Positions 12,595 to 26,110 of a stretch of 64,000 nt of DNA are shown piece after piece. The stretch's first letter is position 1; the number at the start of each line of letters is the position of its first letter. Origin of the DNA: Octopus sinensis (taxonomy: Eukaryota); assembly GCF_006345805.1 (NCBI RefSeq), contig NC_043010.1:37138001-37202000 (forward strand), read 5' to 3'. The notes below the pieces were generated by a model. The model did no database searches and was not told the origin of the DNA. It saw only the letters and a program-made list of their open reading frames with translations. A program made the position numbers and the translations under genes.

Positions 12595-13438
12595 TTACTT
12601 GTTTCAATCATTTGACTGCAGCCATGCTGGAGCACCACCTTAACAGGTTTTAGTTGAAAAACTCGACCCTAGGACTTATTCTTTGTAAGCCTAGGATTTA
12701 TTCTATCAGATCATTTTGTCAAACCACTAAGTTATGGAGACGTAAACTCACCAACGTCAGTTATCAAGCGTTGGTGGAGGGACAAACACAGATACAAAGA
12801 GCCACATATAAATATATACATAAATATATATAAATTTATATAAATAAGGATAAGATCGTTATTTAAAATACCGATCCAAACATGTGGCCAGCATGGGAAT
12901 AAAAACCTTCAAAGGTAATGATTATTATAAAAATTATAATTTAGGGTATCTAAGAGATACCACCACGTGGGAAATAGCAGCCAAAACTTGACTCTAAAAA
13001 GTTTTAGAGTCAAGTTTTGGCTGCTATTTCCAGCGTGGTGGTATCTCTTGGATACCCTAAATTATAATTTTAAAGATGTGTGTGTGTATATATATATACA
13101 CTTCTAATATATATATATATTTCTTCTAATATAAAATACCTGTACATCATCTCCAAACCTTCTAAAATATATATATATATCATCATCATCATTTAGCGTC
13201 CGTTTTCCATGCTAGCATGGGTTGGACTGCTAGCATATATATATATATATATATGTTTGTATGTATATGTATATACGACAGGCTTCTTTCAGTTTCCGTC
13301 TGCCAAATCCACTTGCAAGGTTTTGGTCAGCCCGAGGTTACAGTAGAAGACTTTTGCCCAAGGTACCCATGCAGTGGGACTGAACCTGGAGCCATGTGGT
13401 TGGAAGCAAACTTCTTACAACACAGCCATGCCTGCACC
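12595..13438 (-). mobile_element. Family A SINE split at its internal microsatellite
   Basis: 3' half at 12595-12800 and 5' half at 13273-13438, separated by a fold-back element and a family C tail. Confidence 0.8.
12830..13071. repeat. Fold-back element: 70-bp inverted arms, 2-nt loop, about 100-bp leader (Penelope-like by inference)
   Basis: Arms 12930-12999 and 13002-13071 are reverse complements with about 3 mismatches; TA/TG flanks. Confidence 0.85.
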
Positions 13439-14099
13439 TAAATGTGTGTGTGTGTGTGTGTGTGTTTTACACACACGCACATTTCTATACTATTTTTCTC
13501 AACGAATAACAAATTTGTACTCTAGCAAATTTATTGAGTAATTGTTCAGCTTAATGTAAATTCTTTTTTGTTATAAAAACAAACAATACATACGTATTTA
13601 AGGCTATGTTTGTATATATGGTTGTAACTCAACAAAATGTGTGAATGAATGAGAGAGAGAGAGAGAAAGATACAGAGCTTAACACACGTTTCGGTGCTCT
13701 TATAATATGACTTGAATGTGTGGTTCACTGCGTGTATGTAAAATATGTGTGTATGTGAGTGTGTATACGTGTGTTTTCAGCTAGAGTTACCTACCTTGCA
13801 TTGTCGAGTCCTGAGGAAGAGGAACGTAGTAGCTGTGTATGAATATGATGGTTGCATATCTCTATTGTTTTTAATAGAACTTTCTTTAAAGACAATACTA
13901 GTGGTGGTGGTAGTGATAGTAGTAGTAGTGGTAGTAGTGTTGATGACTCATTTGCTACTATTTCCAATATTTGCTATAATGACAGGAACATGGAATAGTT
14001 TTTGCTTCTTCTGCTTAATGGATGAGAATAAAAACAAAATTATTCATAGTGGAGTGGAAAATGTGTGTTGATGAAGAGGTATGTATGCATCTGCTTAGA

Positions 14100-14106
14100 T
14101 AGATAG

Positions 14107-14139
<33 letters not shown>

Positions 14140-14141
14140 TG

Positions 14142-14203
<62 letters not shown>

Positions 14204-14348
14204 TATAGTATATATATATATATACTTTCATATTTATATATATATTATATACTTTCATATTTATATATATATATTATATATATTCTTTCATATATACGTA
14301 TGTATGTATGTGTATATATATATATGTATATATATATACTTTCATATT

Positions 14349-14384
<36 letters not shown>

Positions 14385-14421
14385 ATATATTCTTTCATAT
14401 ACGTATGTATGTATGTATGTG

Positions 14422-14453
<32 letters not shown>

Positions 14454-14825
14454 TACTTTCATATTTATATATATATATATATATATATAATATTCTTTCA
14501 TATACGTATGTATGTATGTATGTATGTGTATATATATATGTATATATATATTATATATACTTTCATATTTATATATATATATATATATATTCTTTCATAT
14601 ATACGTATATATGTATGTATGTATGTGTATATATATATGTATATATATATATACTTTCATATTTATATATATATATATATATTCTTTCATATATACGTAT
14701 GTATGTATGTATGTGTATATATATATTATATATATATATATATATATATTCTTTCATATATACGTATGTATGTATGTATGTGTATATATATATATAGATA
14801 TATATATATATATACTTTCATATAT
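14100..14825. repeat. Compound microsatellite with higher-order unit
   Basis: ATACTTTCATATTTA, TTCTTTCATATACGTATG and GTGTA anchors repeat in fixed order, separated by variable (TA)n. Confidence 0.9.
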
Positions 14826-15075
14826 CATCATCATCATCATCGTTTAACATCCGCTTTCCATGCTAGCATGGGTTGGACGATTTGACTGAGGTCTGGCGAA
14901 CCAGATGGCTGCACCAGACTCCAATCTGATCTGGCAGAGTTTCTACAGCTGGATGCTCTTCCTAATGCCAACCACTCTGAGAGTGTAGTGGATGATTTTA
15001 AGTGCCACCGTCATGATGAGCCAGTCAGACAGTACTGGCAGCGGCCACGCTCAAATGGTGCTCTTTATGTGCCGG
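14823..15075 (-). mobile_element. Family C repeat
   Basis: (CAT)n followed by CGTTTAACATCCGCTTTCCATGCTAGCATGGG; reverse complement of 5450-5690. Confidence 0.8.
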
Positions 15076-15150
15076 ACAAATGAAAGGGCACTCAACACAT
15101 TTATTGGGTGTTACATCATGTATGGATCTGATTTACATATATATATATAT

Positions 15151-15549
15151 AGGCGCAGGAGTGGCTGTGTGGTAAGTAGCTTGCTAACCAACCACATGGT
15201 TCCGGGTTCAGTCCCACTGCGTGGCATCTTGGGCAAGTGTCTTCTGCTATAGCCCCGGGCCAACCAATGCCTTGTGAGTGGATTTGGTAGACGGAAACTG
15301 AAAGAAGCCTGTCATATATATGTATATATATATGTATGTGTGTGTGTTTGTGTGTCTGTGTTTGTCTCCCTAGCATTGCTTCACAACTGATGCTGGTGTG
15401 TTTACGTCCCCATCACTTAGCAGTTCGGCAAAAAGAGACTGATAGAACAAGTACTGGGCTTACAAAGAATAAGTCCCTGGGTTGATTTGTTCGACTAAAG
15501 GCGGTGCTCCAGCATGGCCGCAGTCAAATGACTGAAACAAGTAAAAGAA
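15151..15549 (+). mobile_element. Family A SINE, full length
   Basis: AGGCGCAGGAGTGGCTGTGTGG head, B box, complete tail. Confidence 0.9.
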
Positions 15550-15568
15550 TATATATATATATATATGT

Positions 15569-15668
15569 GTTATGAACATGCTTATTTCACTCTCTTTGTA
15601 TGTATGTATATATATATATATATACACATACATACATACAAAGAGAGTGAAATAAGCATGTTCATAAC
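15569..15668. repeat. Palindrome of about 40-bp arms around a (TA)n core
   Basis: GTTATGAACATGCTTATTTCACTCTCTTTGTATGTATG...CATACATACAAAGAGAGTGAAATAAGCATGTTCATAAC. Confidence 0.9.
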
Positions 15669-15827
15669 TGAGAAGAATATTTTGAGAGAAAGCGTGTATA
15701 TGTGTCTACCATCCACACACACACACACACACAGATGAAACTGTTCATTGGATAAATATATTGGATAAATATATATAAGTATGTATCTCTCTTTCTATAT
15801 ATGTGTGTGTACGTGTGTCTTTTGTCT

Positions 15828-16484
15828 TTTATTTATTTCAGTCATCCGACTGCATCCATGCTGGGGCACTGGGCACTGCCTTGAATTTCAGTTGAACGAA
15901 TTGACCCCAATTTTTTTTTAGGCACGGTGCTTATTCTATCAGTCCCTTTTGCCAAACCTCTAGATTACTTGGATGTAAATGCACCAACACCAGTAGTTGT
16001 CAAGTGGTGGCGGGTGACAATCAGAGATGCGATAACATAGACATACATGGATATATATACACACACACTCGATGGGCTTCTGTCTACAGATTCCATTCAA
16101 GGCTTTGGTCAGCCTGAGGCTACAGCAAAAGTCACTTGCCCAAGGTGCCATGCTGGGAAATTGAACCCAGGACCATATGGTTGGCTAGCAAATTTCTTAC
16201 CATACAGTCACATTTGCACTTGTGTATATATATATATATATTCTTTTATTCTTTTACTTGTTTCAGTCATTTGACTGCAGCCATGCTGGAGCACTGCCTC
16301 TAGTCAAACAAATGGCCCTCAGGACTTATTCTTTGTAAGTCTAGTACTTATTCTATCGATCTCTATTACTGAACCAGTAAGTTACAGCGACGTAAACCCA
16401 CCAACATCAGTTGTCAAGCTATAGTGGGGTGAGGGTCAAACACTGGCACGCAAACACACACATACATGTATATGTGTATGTATG

Positions 16485-16535
<51 letters not shown>

Positions 16536-16688
16536 CTTCTTTCAGTTTCCATCTAACAAATCCCCTCACAAGGCTTTGGTCGGCCCAAGGCTATAGTAGA
16601 AGAGACTTGCCCAAGGTTCCATGCAGTGGGATTGAACCTGAAACCATGTGGTTGGGAACCAAGCTTCTTACCACACAGCCACTACTGC
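15828..16688 (-). mobile_element. Two head-to-tail family A SINEs
   Basis: Two successive reverse-complement copies (about 15828-16215 and 16243-16688). Confidence 0.85.
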
Positions 16689-16956
16689 ATGTGTGTGTGT
16701 GTGTGTTGGACCTTTGAACTCTGTACATTTTTTCTCTCTCCGTTTTTTTCATTTTCTCTCCATTTTTCTCCTCTTCATCTTTTCTGTTCAAGAGCATAGG
16801 CTCAAAACATTAAAGACTTTCCCATTTTCCCCTTTGTCTTAACCTAATACACCAGCTTGTTGTTCCTACACCTGTCTTCATCTCGTGTTTCCTATAAATT
16901 TGAACTATATAGCATGGACAATGGACATTAAATGATGATGATGATAATAATAATAA

Positions 16957-18140
16957 TGGTTTCAAATTTTTCCACAAGGGCAGCCATTTTGGGGGAGAGG
17001 ATGAGTCAGTTACGTCAGCCCCAGTGTTTCACTGGTACTTAATTTATTAGCCCCGAAAGGATGAAAAGCAAAGTTGACCTCGGCAGAATTTGAACTTGGA
17101 ACGTAAAGACAGGCAAAGATACAACTAAGCATTTTGCCTGGTGTGCTAACCTTTCTGTCAGCTCACTGTCTTAAATAATAATAATAATAACGAGAGCACT
17201 CAGAGGGCACTAACCTCTGCCAAGGCAACACCAATGTCCTCTCAATGATTGACCACAGATGGTTAATAAAATGAGAATATCTGAAATAAACTCGACTGCT
17301 CTCTCAAACAAGAATACTAAAAATGAACCTGACTGCTCTCAAAAATTAAGTAAAAAAAACAGGAAAAAAAATCCAGGACCCTTGTCCGGTGCCAGATCAA
17401 TCCCAAAATCTAATCAGTCCGTACCTGTCACAAAGCCAAACATTCCTGAAAGTTTCATCCGAATCCATCCAGCAGTTCTTGAGATATCTTGTCCACGGAC
17501 AAACAAACAATCACGACTGAAAACAATACCTCTGCCTTCGCTAAGGCGGCAGTAATAATAATAATAATTCTTTCTGTCATAGGCACAAGGCCAAAAATTT
17601 GGGGGAAGGGAAATAGTTGATTATGTCAACCCCAGTGCTTGACTGATACTAATTTTATTGACCCCAAACGGATGAAAGACAAAGATGGCCTCAGCAGAGC
17701 TTGAACTCCGAACACAAAAATGGATGAAACACTGCTAATCATTTTGAGACACAAGACCTGAAAGTTTTGGGGAGGGTGCTGCTAATGGATCACATTAACC
17801 CCAGTACATAACTGGTACTTTATTTTATTGACCCTGAAAAGAGTGAAAGGCAATAGTTGAGCTCTGCGGAATATGAACTCAGAACATATTTTACCTTCTC
17901 ACCACCTTAATAATAATGGTTCCAAATTTTAGCACAAGGCCAGCAATTTCGGAAATGGTGGGAGTTGATTACATCAACCCCAGTATTTAACTGGTACTTG
18001 TTTTATTGACCCCGAAAGGATGAAAAGCAAGGCTGAATCTGAACTCAGAACATGAAAACGGACGAAATGCCACTTAGTATTTTGCCTAACATTACTAATG
18101 ATTCTGCTTGATCACCACCTTAATAACAATGATAACAATG

Positions 18141-18173
<33 letters not shown>

Positions 18174-18405
18174 GTGATAATCCTTTAGGTTATAGGCACA
18201 AAGCCTGAAATTTATGGGGGAGAGGGGATAGTCCGTTACATGAATCCCAGTGCTCAAATAGTATGTTTTTGATCGATCCCCTACCTCCCAAAGAATGAAA
18301 GGTAAAGTTGATGTCAGTGGGATTTGAACTCTGAATGTAAAGATTAGTGAAATGCCACTAAGGCATTTTGTCCAGCACGGTAAGATTCTGTCATCTTGCC
18401 ACCTT
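16957..18405 (-). mobile_element. Array of five same-orientation family B SINEs
   Basis: Copies at about 16957-17174, 17567-17745, 17746-17910, 17917-18123 and 18180-18405, mostly separated by (TAA)n. Confidence 0.8.
17189..17553. mobile_element. Helentron/DINE-like non-autonomous element
   Basis: ACCTCTGCCAAGGC near the left end, right-end hairpin ACCTCTGCCTT-CGCT-AAGGCGGCAGT, GACAAACAAAC run; sits in (TAA)n. Confidence 0.6.
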
Positions 18406-18407
18406 CA

Positions 18408-18449
<42 letters not shown>

Positions 18450-20507
18450 TTATAACAACAATAACAGCATAAACAATATCATTGATGTTGTTGAAGAATA
18501 TTGATAATCTGTGAAGAAATATTTTAAAAGTGGCAAAAAGCAGTTCTATTGACATTTGCCCAGAGTCTTCTGACAAACACTGCTTCCACCACCGCCACCA
18601 ATAGTACAACCACCATGTCAACCACTACCAGCAGCAGTAGCAGCAGCACCACCACCATTGACATAGACACCTCCACTACTGCCACCACCTCTACTACCAT
18701 CTTAACTATATGAAAATGTCTGTCTTGTTTTGTCTGTTCCAACTTATATATTTTAACTGAGCAAGCCAAGCCAAGCAGGCAAATCAATAATTTAACAGCA
18801 ACATTAATGATTTTTTTTTTGAAACTTATTTATTTATTTTTGGAGTGTGTGTGTGTGTGTGTGCACATGAGAGAGTGAATGTGTGTGTGTGGTGTGTATG
18901 GCAGGGCAGCAAAGGAGGTAAGAAACAGATAGGAATAAAATGAAATAAAATAATGAGAAGAAGATGTAGTTGCAACATAGAATGGTATTTGCATTGCTTG
19001 CACTTTTACGAGTTCATTTACCATTATGATTTCCTAGAATTATGTTCCACTCCGTTCTTATTCATTTCTTTGTGTTCTCTACACGACTTAGAGGAAGAAG
19101 GATAGCGTCCATGACCTTTGTCAGTATCTTGGACACTAGTGTTAAGAAAGGAAGGAGTGAAGGAGGGTGTCTCCTCAATTGGACTAAGGGCCAAAATGAT
19201 TGCTACAGAGTGGAATCTGCTAAAGGTATCACATAACCAAGTGGCAATGAGGGACTGATTAAGGTTATTCCTGCCAAAATAAAAATGGTTTTTCTGTGAT
19301 TTTTCCATAGCTTCTGTCTACCAAATTTCTCTGATAGGGTTTTGGATACCTGCTCAAGGTACCATATACTGTTACTGAACCCAAAACCATATAGTTACAA
19401 TACAAACTTCTTAACCATGCTGCAATAGTTGCACCTATATTTATATTTTTTTAAGTTCACTTAGGATCTAAACACACCTTTGGTGTACCAATATGAAAAG
19501 CACTGTAGTAAGGTTGCAATATTAAGGATATTTAACTACTATTTCTAGCAGTTGGGAGTATTTCATGCTAGCTGCCCCTTTCATTTGAGTATTGTCGTTG
19601 TTTATCTCCTGTCATGAAATACAAGACTAAGAAGGCAATATAGGCCTAAGTTTGAATATGTAGTTATTAATTGTATTTTTGTTGCAAATAGTCATACAGT
19701 GGTTTTGATGTGTTCGTGTTGTTCTTTAGCCCTTTAAGGCGGCGAGCTGGCAGAATCATTAGCACCAGGCAAAATGCTTATCAGTATTTGATGCAGTCCT
19801 GCAGTTCATTGGATTCTGTGAGATTGTCCTTCTTGTGGCAGTATAAATGATGATGATGATGATGATCTTGGTGAATGGTTAGGTTTTCTCATTCCTAACC
19901 AAAATTTCCAGAATGCAAATACCTCAGTTTTTCAATCATTTTCATACCTGTCATAACCAAATGTAGCTATATGTCAACATTGATCATATATCATAGATGC
20001 TTAACTTTTGGATTTTGGCTTGTAGCCTACAAAAATTGGACAGTTTATACCATTAAATATGGACCTAATGTCAGTTCCAGGTGAAGATGTTAGGCCTCCT
20101 ACACCATGATAGAAACCATGATACTAAAAAATTATAGAGGCTAAGACACAACTCTGTTTCTTGCCATTTGTGGGAGAAAAATTATAGATATGTCTCCATT
20201 GCCCCTTAACACACATCAGTATACCACCATGGAATTGGTGCACTGCATACTTAAATATGGGTGGACAACAATATCAGGGAAGAAATCTTAATAAACTGCC
20301 ATGATTCACTGTCATAAGCCTTTCTGAGATCAACCAAAGTCATATACAAGGGTTGATTCTGTTCTGTAAATAGTTATATAATATATGTACTATACATTAT
20401 ATATCTATGTAAATACACGCAAATATATATATATATACACATCATCATCATCATATATAAATACATGCTTAATGATCTAACATACATGTATACATGTGTG
20501 TGTATAA

Positions 20508-20592
<85 letters not shown>

Positions 20593-22794
20593 CGGACATG
20601 TACATATATATAAATATACATGTTTGTGTAAAATACACAGCATACACACACCTATATATGTGCCTATATAAATATACATTATGTGTGAATATGTATGTAT
20701 GAATATACACACACACACACACATAAATGTACATGTATATACACATACACACGCATGTACACAGTAAGATTCATTTAATATAAAGACGTTTATCATTTCA
20801 ATTTCACTGTCTCACGGGATTTTTACTTCCATGATTCCATTAAAATCTTTGAGGATTATTGAACTGGGATTGAACAAAGAACATCATATTTGTGTACTAA
20901 ACTATGTGGATACTGACACAAATGATGATGTACAGAAAAGAGCATAAGTGGGAGAGTACCAAGGGGAAATCATTTTTAAATCTGCATCAACACACATACA
21001 TTCGAGTAGACGCTTACAATGTTTTTGTTTATTTCTTTGTAAGACTAGGGAAATCTAAATGCAATCCGACTATAGCGTTTGGATCATGACAATGGGCTTA
21101 TATAGAACAAGACCTTAGTCTCACATTCTCTCTCTTTCTTTCTCTCTCTCTTTCTGTCACTTGCTGTCTCATCACATCTCCTCTCTTCTCATGTTTGAGC
21201 ATTTTGTTAAATACATTATTACCACTAGACCATGGTTGAATGCACGCATTGTCACCATCATGATGTAACATTCATGTTCTATGCTGGCATGGGTTGGATA
21301 GTTTGATAGGGTCCAATAGATCCAAGGACTGCATCTTACCCCACTACCTACTTTGGTATGCCCTTACTAATACCTCCTGCTTTACAGTGTGTAAAGGGTA
21401 CTTTTTCAGTACCACCAGTTTAGTGTGGCCGTTATGCAGCTTCCAAGACTTTGAACCCATGGAAGGCAGCATTGTTCCAGGAGTTGAGGGAGTTAAAGCA
21501 GGAAAGAAGGCTCCATAACAGGCTCTTCTTAACACCAAATATTTCACAGCATGTACTGGGTACTTTTATTGCTGCTGTACCCCAAACCAGAGTACTCACA
21601 ATTGCAGCTTGCAAATCTGTGAACTCTTGGAAGAGCTTCATTATTCCAGGAGACAAGGGGTTCAAGCATGTGAGAAAGGGCCATAGCAAAACAGGTTTCT
21701 TGCTGTAGAGGAACTATGTTGGACACCCACATTTTAGAGAAAAAGAATCAGAATGATTGGGATGGAACTAGGAAGTGATAAAAATAGTGGGTGGCTAGAC
21801 CCTCAAGTGTGAGGTGGGAAGAAAAGTGAGTGGGGACAGAGGAACCAGGAATGTGGAGAGTGGCAATTGGGGGAGTGAGAGATGGGGTATGAGTGAGGGA
21901 TTTCAACCTGGAACATAAAGGAACAACATAACTACCACAAGGTTTGTTGTTTGCGGTTCCATCGATTATGCTAGTCCACTTCTATGTATACACATAGAAT
22001 TCATGCACATATATACTTATGCACCAGAATGTATAAACATAGGCATATGTATACATACATATACTTCTGCACACTTGTACAAACAGACATGGATATATAC
22101 TTCTACACACAGGTGTGTAAAAGCTCACATATGTATATGGATATATATTTATACATCAAAGTATATGAATACATGCATATACATATCTACATACACTTTT
22201 AGACATGTATAAACAGACGTACATATGTACATGCGCATATACTTATGTAATAGACTCACACATATGCTTGTGTATAATATATACTTCTACATAAGTGTTT
22301 AGAAGGTAAGGCATTAAAAGAATTAGGAAAGTGATTTAATCTGTTGGTTTAAAGTTCCACTAATAAACCATCTCCCGATCCATCAGTTTTGATGGATGTG
22401 TCCATATTCATTTATCGATTAATTGACCATTCGCTTATCGCTTATTTCTCTTTTCATGTTGCTCCATGCATTTACATTGGAAGGAAGTGGAATCGGTGTG
22501 ATGCCTGAGGAGGATTCTATTACAGTTGGCATCGATGTCTACATTAAGTTGTCAACATTGGAGTTTAGTCTTTTTTGCAAAAAGTACTGCTTAGTGGGTA
22601 GTTCTTACTCTTAAATGGTTAGGTAGTAATCATAAACCTCTTCAAAGCAAGAGGGCACTCCATGTTGGTTATTGTCATTGTTTAAAACAACCACCACCCT
22701 ACCACCACCCCACCCGCACTCCCTTCCTGCGAGCCAAGGCATTTGATCAAAAGCATTTCCGCCGTGATTTTCTCATCTTTTTTTTATTTTTTTG

Positions 22795-24346
22795 TTTCTT
22801 TTATCTTTCACTTGTTTCAGTTATTGGACTGCAGCCATGCTGGGCCACTTGCCTTGAAGGGTTTTTAATTGAATGAATCACCCCCTCCCCTCTTGTACTC
22901 GTATTATACAACCTGAGACTTGGTCAATCAGTGTCTTTTGTTGAACTACTATGTAAGTTATGCAGAATGTAAACAAACTAACACCAGCTGTGAAGTTGCG
23001 GTGGGAGACAAACACAATCACACACACACACACATACACACACACCTCTTTTATCTTATCTTTTACTTGTTTCAGTCATTAGACAGTGGCCATGCTGGGG
23101 CAACGCCTTCAAGAACTTTTAGCCAAATGAATTGACTTCAGTACTTTTTTTAATCCTGGTACTTACGCTATCAGCCACTTTTGCTGAACCACTAAGTTAC
23201 GTGGACGTAACCACACCAACACCAGTTGTCAAGCAGTATTAGGAGGACAAACACAGACACAAAACACACACACCTAGATGTATATGCATACGCATATGTA
23301 CAATGGGCTTCTTTCAGTTTCCTTCTACCGAATCCACTCACAAAGCTTTGGTTGGCCTGAGGCTATTAGTAGAGGACAATTGCCCAAGGTGCCATGCAGT
23401 AGGACTGAACCCAGAACCATGTGGTTGGGAAGCAAGCTTCTTACCACACAGCCACACCTGCCTATATGTCTTTTGTTTGTTTCAGTCATTAGACTGTGGG
23501 GCATTGCCTTGAAGAATTTTTAGTCGAAGGAATCTGTCCCAGTACTTATTCACCATTAAGTCACAAGGACATAAACACACCAATTCTAGTTGTCAGGTGG
23601 TGGTGGAGATACACACACACACACATATCTATGACAAGCTTCTTTCAGTTTCCATCTACCAAATCCATCCGTTAGACTTTGGTTGGCTCAAGGCTATAGA
23701 TGAAAACATTTGCCCAAGGTGCCTTGTAGTGGGACAGTCTGGAAGCCTGTGGTTGGGAAGCAGACATCCCTGCACCTATTCTTGTATTTGTTTCAGTCAT
23801 TTGACTGCGACCATGCTGGAGCACCGTCTTTAGTTGAACAAACTGACCCCAAGACTTATTCTTTGTAAGCCTAGTACTTATTCTATCGGCCTCTATTGCT
23901 GCACCACTAAATTACAGGTACATAAACACACCAACATCAGTTGTCAAGCAATGGTGGGGGAACAAACACACACACACACTCATATATATATGTATATACG
24001 ATGGGCTTCTTTCAGTTTCCGTCTACCAAATCCACTTGCAAGGCTTTGGTCAGCCTGAGGCTATAGTAGAAGACACTTGCCCAAGGCGCCACGCAGTGGG
24101 ACTGAACCTTAAACCATGTGGTAGTAAGCAAGCTACTTACCACACAGCCACTCCTGCGCCTATAAAGAAGAAAACCGATGGTGGTGTGTTTATGTCCCCG
24201 TAACTTAGCGGTTCGGCAAAAGAGACCAATTGAGTAAGTACTAGGCTTACAAAGAATAAGTCCTGGGGTTGATTTGCTTGACTAAAGGTGGTGCTCCAGC
24301 ATGGCCGCAGTCTAATGACTGAAACAAGTAAAAGAATAAAAGAGTA
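22795..24346. mobile_element. Cluster of family A SINEs (four minus copies, one plus 3' half)
   Basis: Repeated CTTGTTTCAGTCA...CCCAAGGTGCC...CACACAGCCAC blocks; plus-strand half at 24172-24346. Confidence 0.85.
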
Positions 24347-25593
24347 AAAAAAAATCTTTGATATATTAGGACCAGAGAGGGAAAAAAGAAAACCAGACAG
24401 GATGGTCATTCTGGAATGACTTTGATCATAGACCTGCTTCATAAACCATAACAATAGCAACAACTACAACCATTGCAGAGATATCTCTCTCTCTACCTGT
24501 ATATGTCATTGGTACAAAAAGTCATTTACAGAATATATTTTCCAGACCTTTCTTTATTTTGTTGTTATTCTGAAAAATATATCTTGTTTTGTTTTTGTTT
24601 TTTTTTCCTCTTCACTGAATGTATTTATCTATTTATTTATTTATGTATTTATTTATTTATTTATTTACTACCTGTTGTTGTTTACTTCTTGTCATATTTT
24701 GGTGGTGGTGATTTTTGTTGTTTTGGTTGCTGGTACTTGTTGCCAAATGTCACATTCTCCACTGTTTGAGCAACATCTCGAAAAAATTAGGTGGGCAAAC
24801 CCTTGAAATTACAAGCAACAGTCACAACAACAACAAAAACAACATGAAAGTAATAAGCTTCTCTCTCTCTCTCTCTCTCTCACCCACGCCCCACACTTCA
24901 GTGTGTTATTTTCATCTTTCAGTGTCCCTGATACATGATAAATAAGATGGAACTGCACAGATACAACACTTAATATCCAGTTATCTCTAGAGATTGTTTC
25001 TTATTTTGCCTCTTTTAGTAAACAGCATGAAGTAGATAATTTAAAACTATGCAGGCTAACTAATAACCTGATCTGTCGTATTATCTTACTCTCTTCTCTA
25101 CTCTTACACTGTACATTTTAATCAGTCCAATCTCCTGTCATCTTCATATGCCTTAGGGTTATTGTTGTTGTTTAAACCCAGGACAGCTCTGGATAGACAC
25201 ACCTAAGGATCAAAAGAATTCCAGTTTCAATGGCTTTGCCATCATTTTTTTTTTTTTTTAAATTTTTTTTTTAGGTATAGCATACTCTTGGCTGCATCGT
25301 CTTCATCAGCTAATAAATCATTTTCTAAGATTGTAAGATGTAATTTTAAGGAGATTCAGCTGATGTTCATAATAGATAGAGCAATCACACAGAGGTTCCC
25401 AGAAAAGTTCTACCTATACACATACAGCTAAAATCACCGGATCTGTAGAACTAACATCAATTGGCCACTTACCATTTCATTAACTAGGCGGAAGATAAAG
25501 CTTACCTGAAAGAAGATAGCCTTTTGCATGTACTAAGAATTGAAACCTGGCATTCATTCCAAGCTTTCTTGAGTCAATTAGTAATTTTTATAG

Positions 25594-26110
25594 CATTGTC
25601 TCTGACCATAGTGGTGAAATATCACAGTTGAGGGCAGTGGTGATGGTTTGTTTATATTACCTACAATGCAGAAATTATAACATTGTTTACAGGAACAAAA
25701 CTAAACCACATTGTCCACAATGGTAAAATTACATCCATATCTGTAGTGGTGTAGTTCTTCCATTGCCCACAATACTGAAATTCTACTATTTATTCCCCAT
25801 CGATTAACTTTCTCCATTGCCTATTAAGGTGAAAATATATCATTACCTGCAGGTGTGAATTCGTTCCACATTGCTCAGAGATGAAAAATTTGTGCCACTG
25901 GCTTCAGTAATAATATTGCCCACCTAAGTTAAATTTCCCCATTGCCTACATAGGAACAAATCATTCAGATGTCTGGCAATGCTTCAATTTTTATCATTAT
26001 CGCAATGCTGAATTTCCTTCCCCCTTCGCTCACAGTCATACCACATTATCCACAGTGATGAAATCATACTCCCGTTGCTCACAGGTGTTAAATTCAAACC
26101 ACTGCTTAAG
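25594..26110. repeat. Highly decayed minisatellite, about 27-bp unit
   Basis: CATTGCCYACA...GAAATT-like units recur roughly every 25-29 bp, about 18 copies. Confidence 0.6.

Noticed and set aside
14040-14885. Long ORFs of up to 248 aa (YIYIY...)
   Set aside because: Translations of (TA)n-type repeats; the same holds for ORFs near 20.5, 28.5-29.4, 38.6, 44.4 and 53.7 kb.
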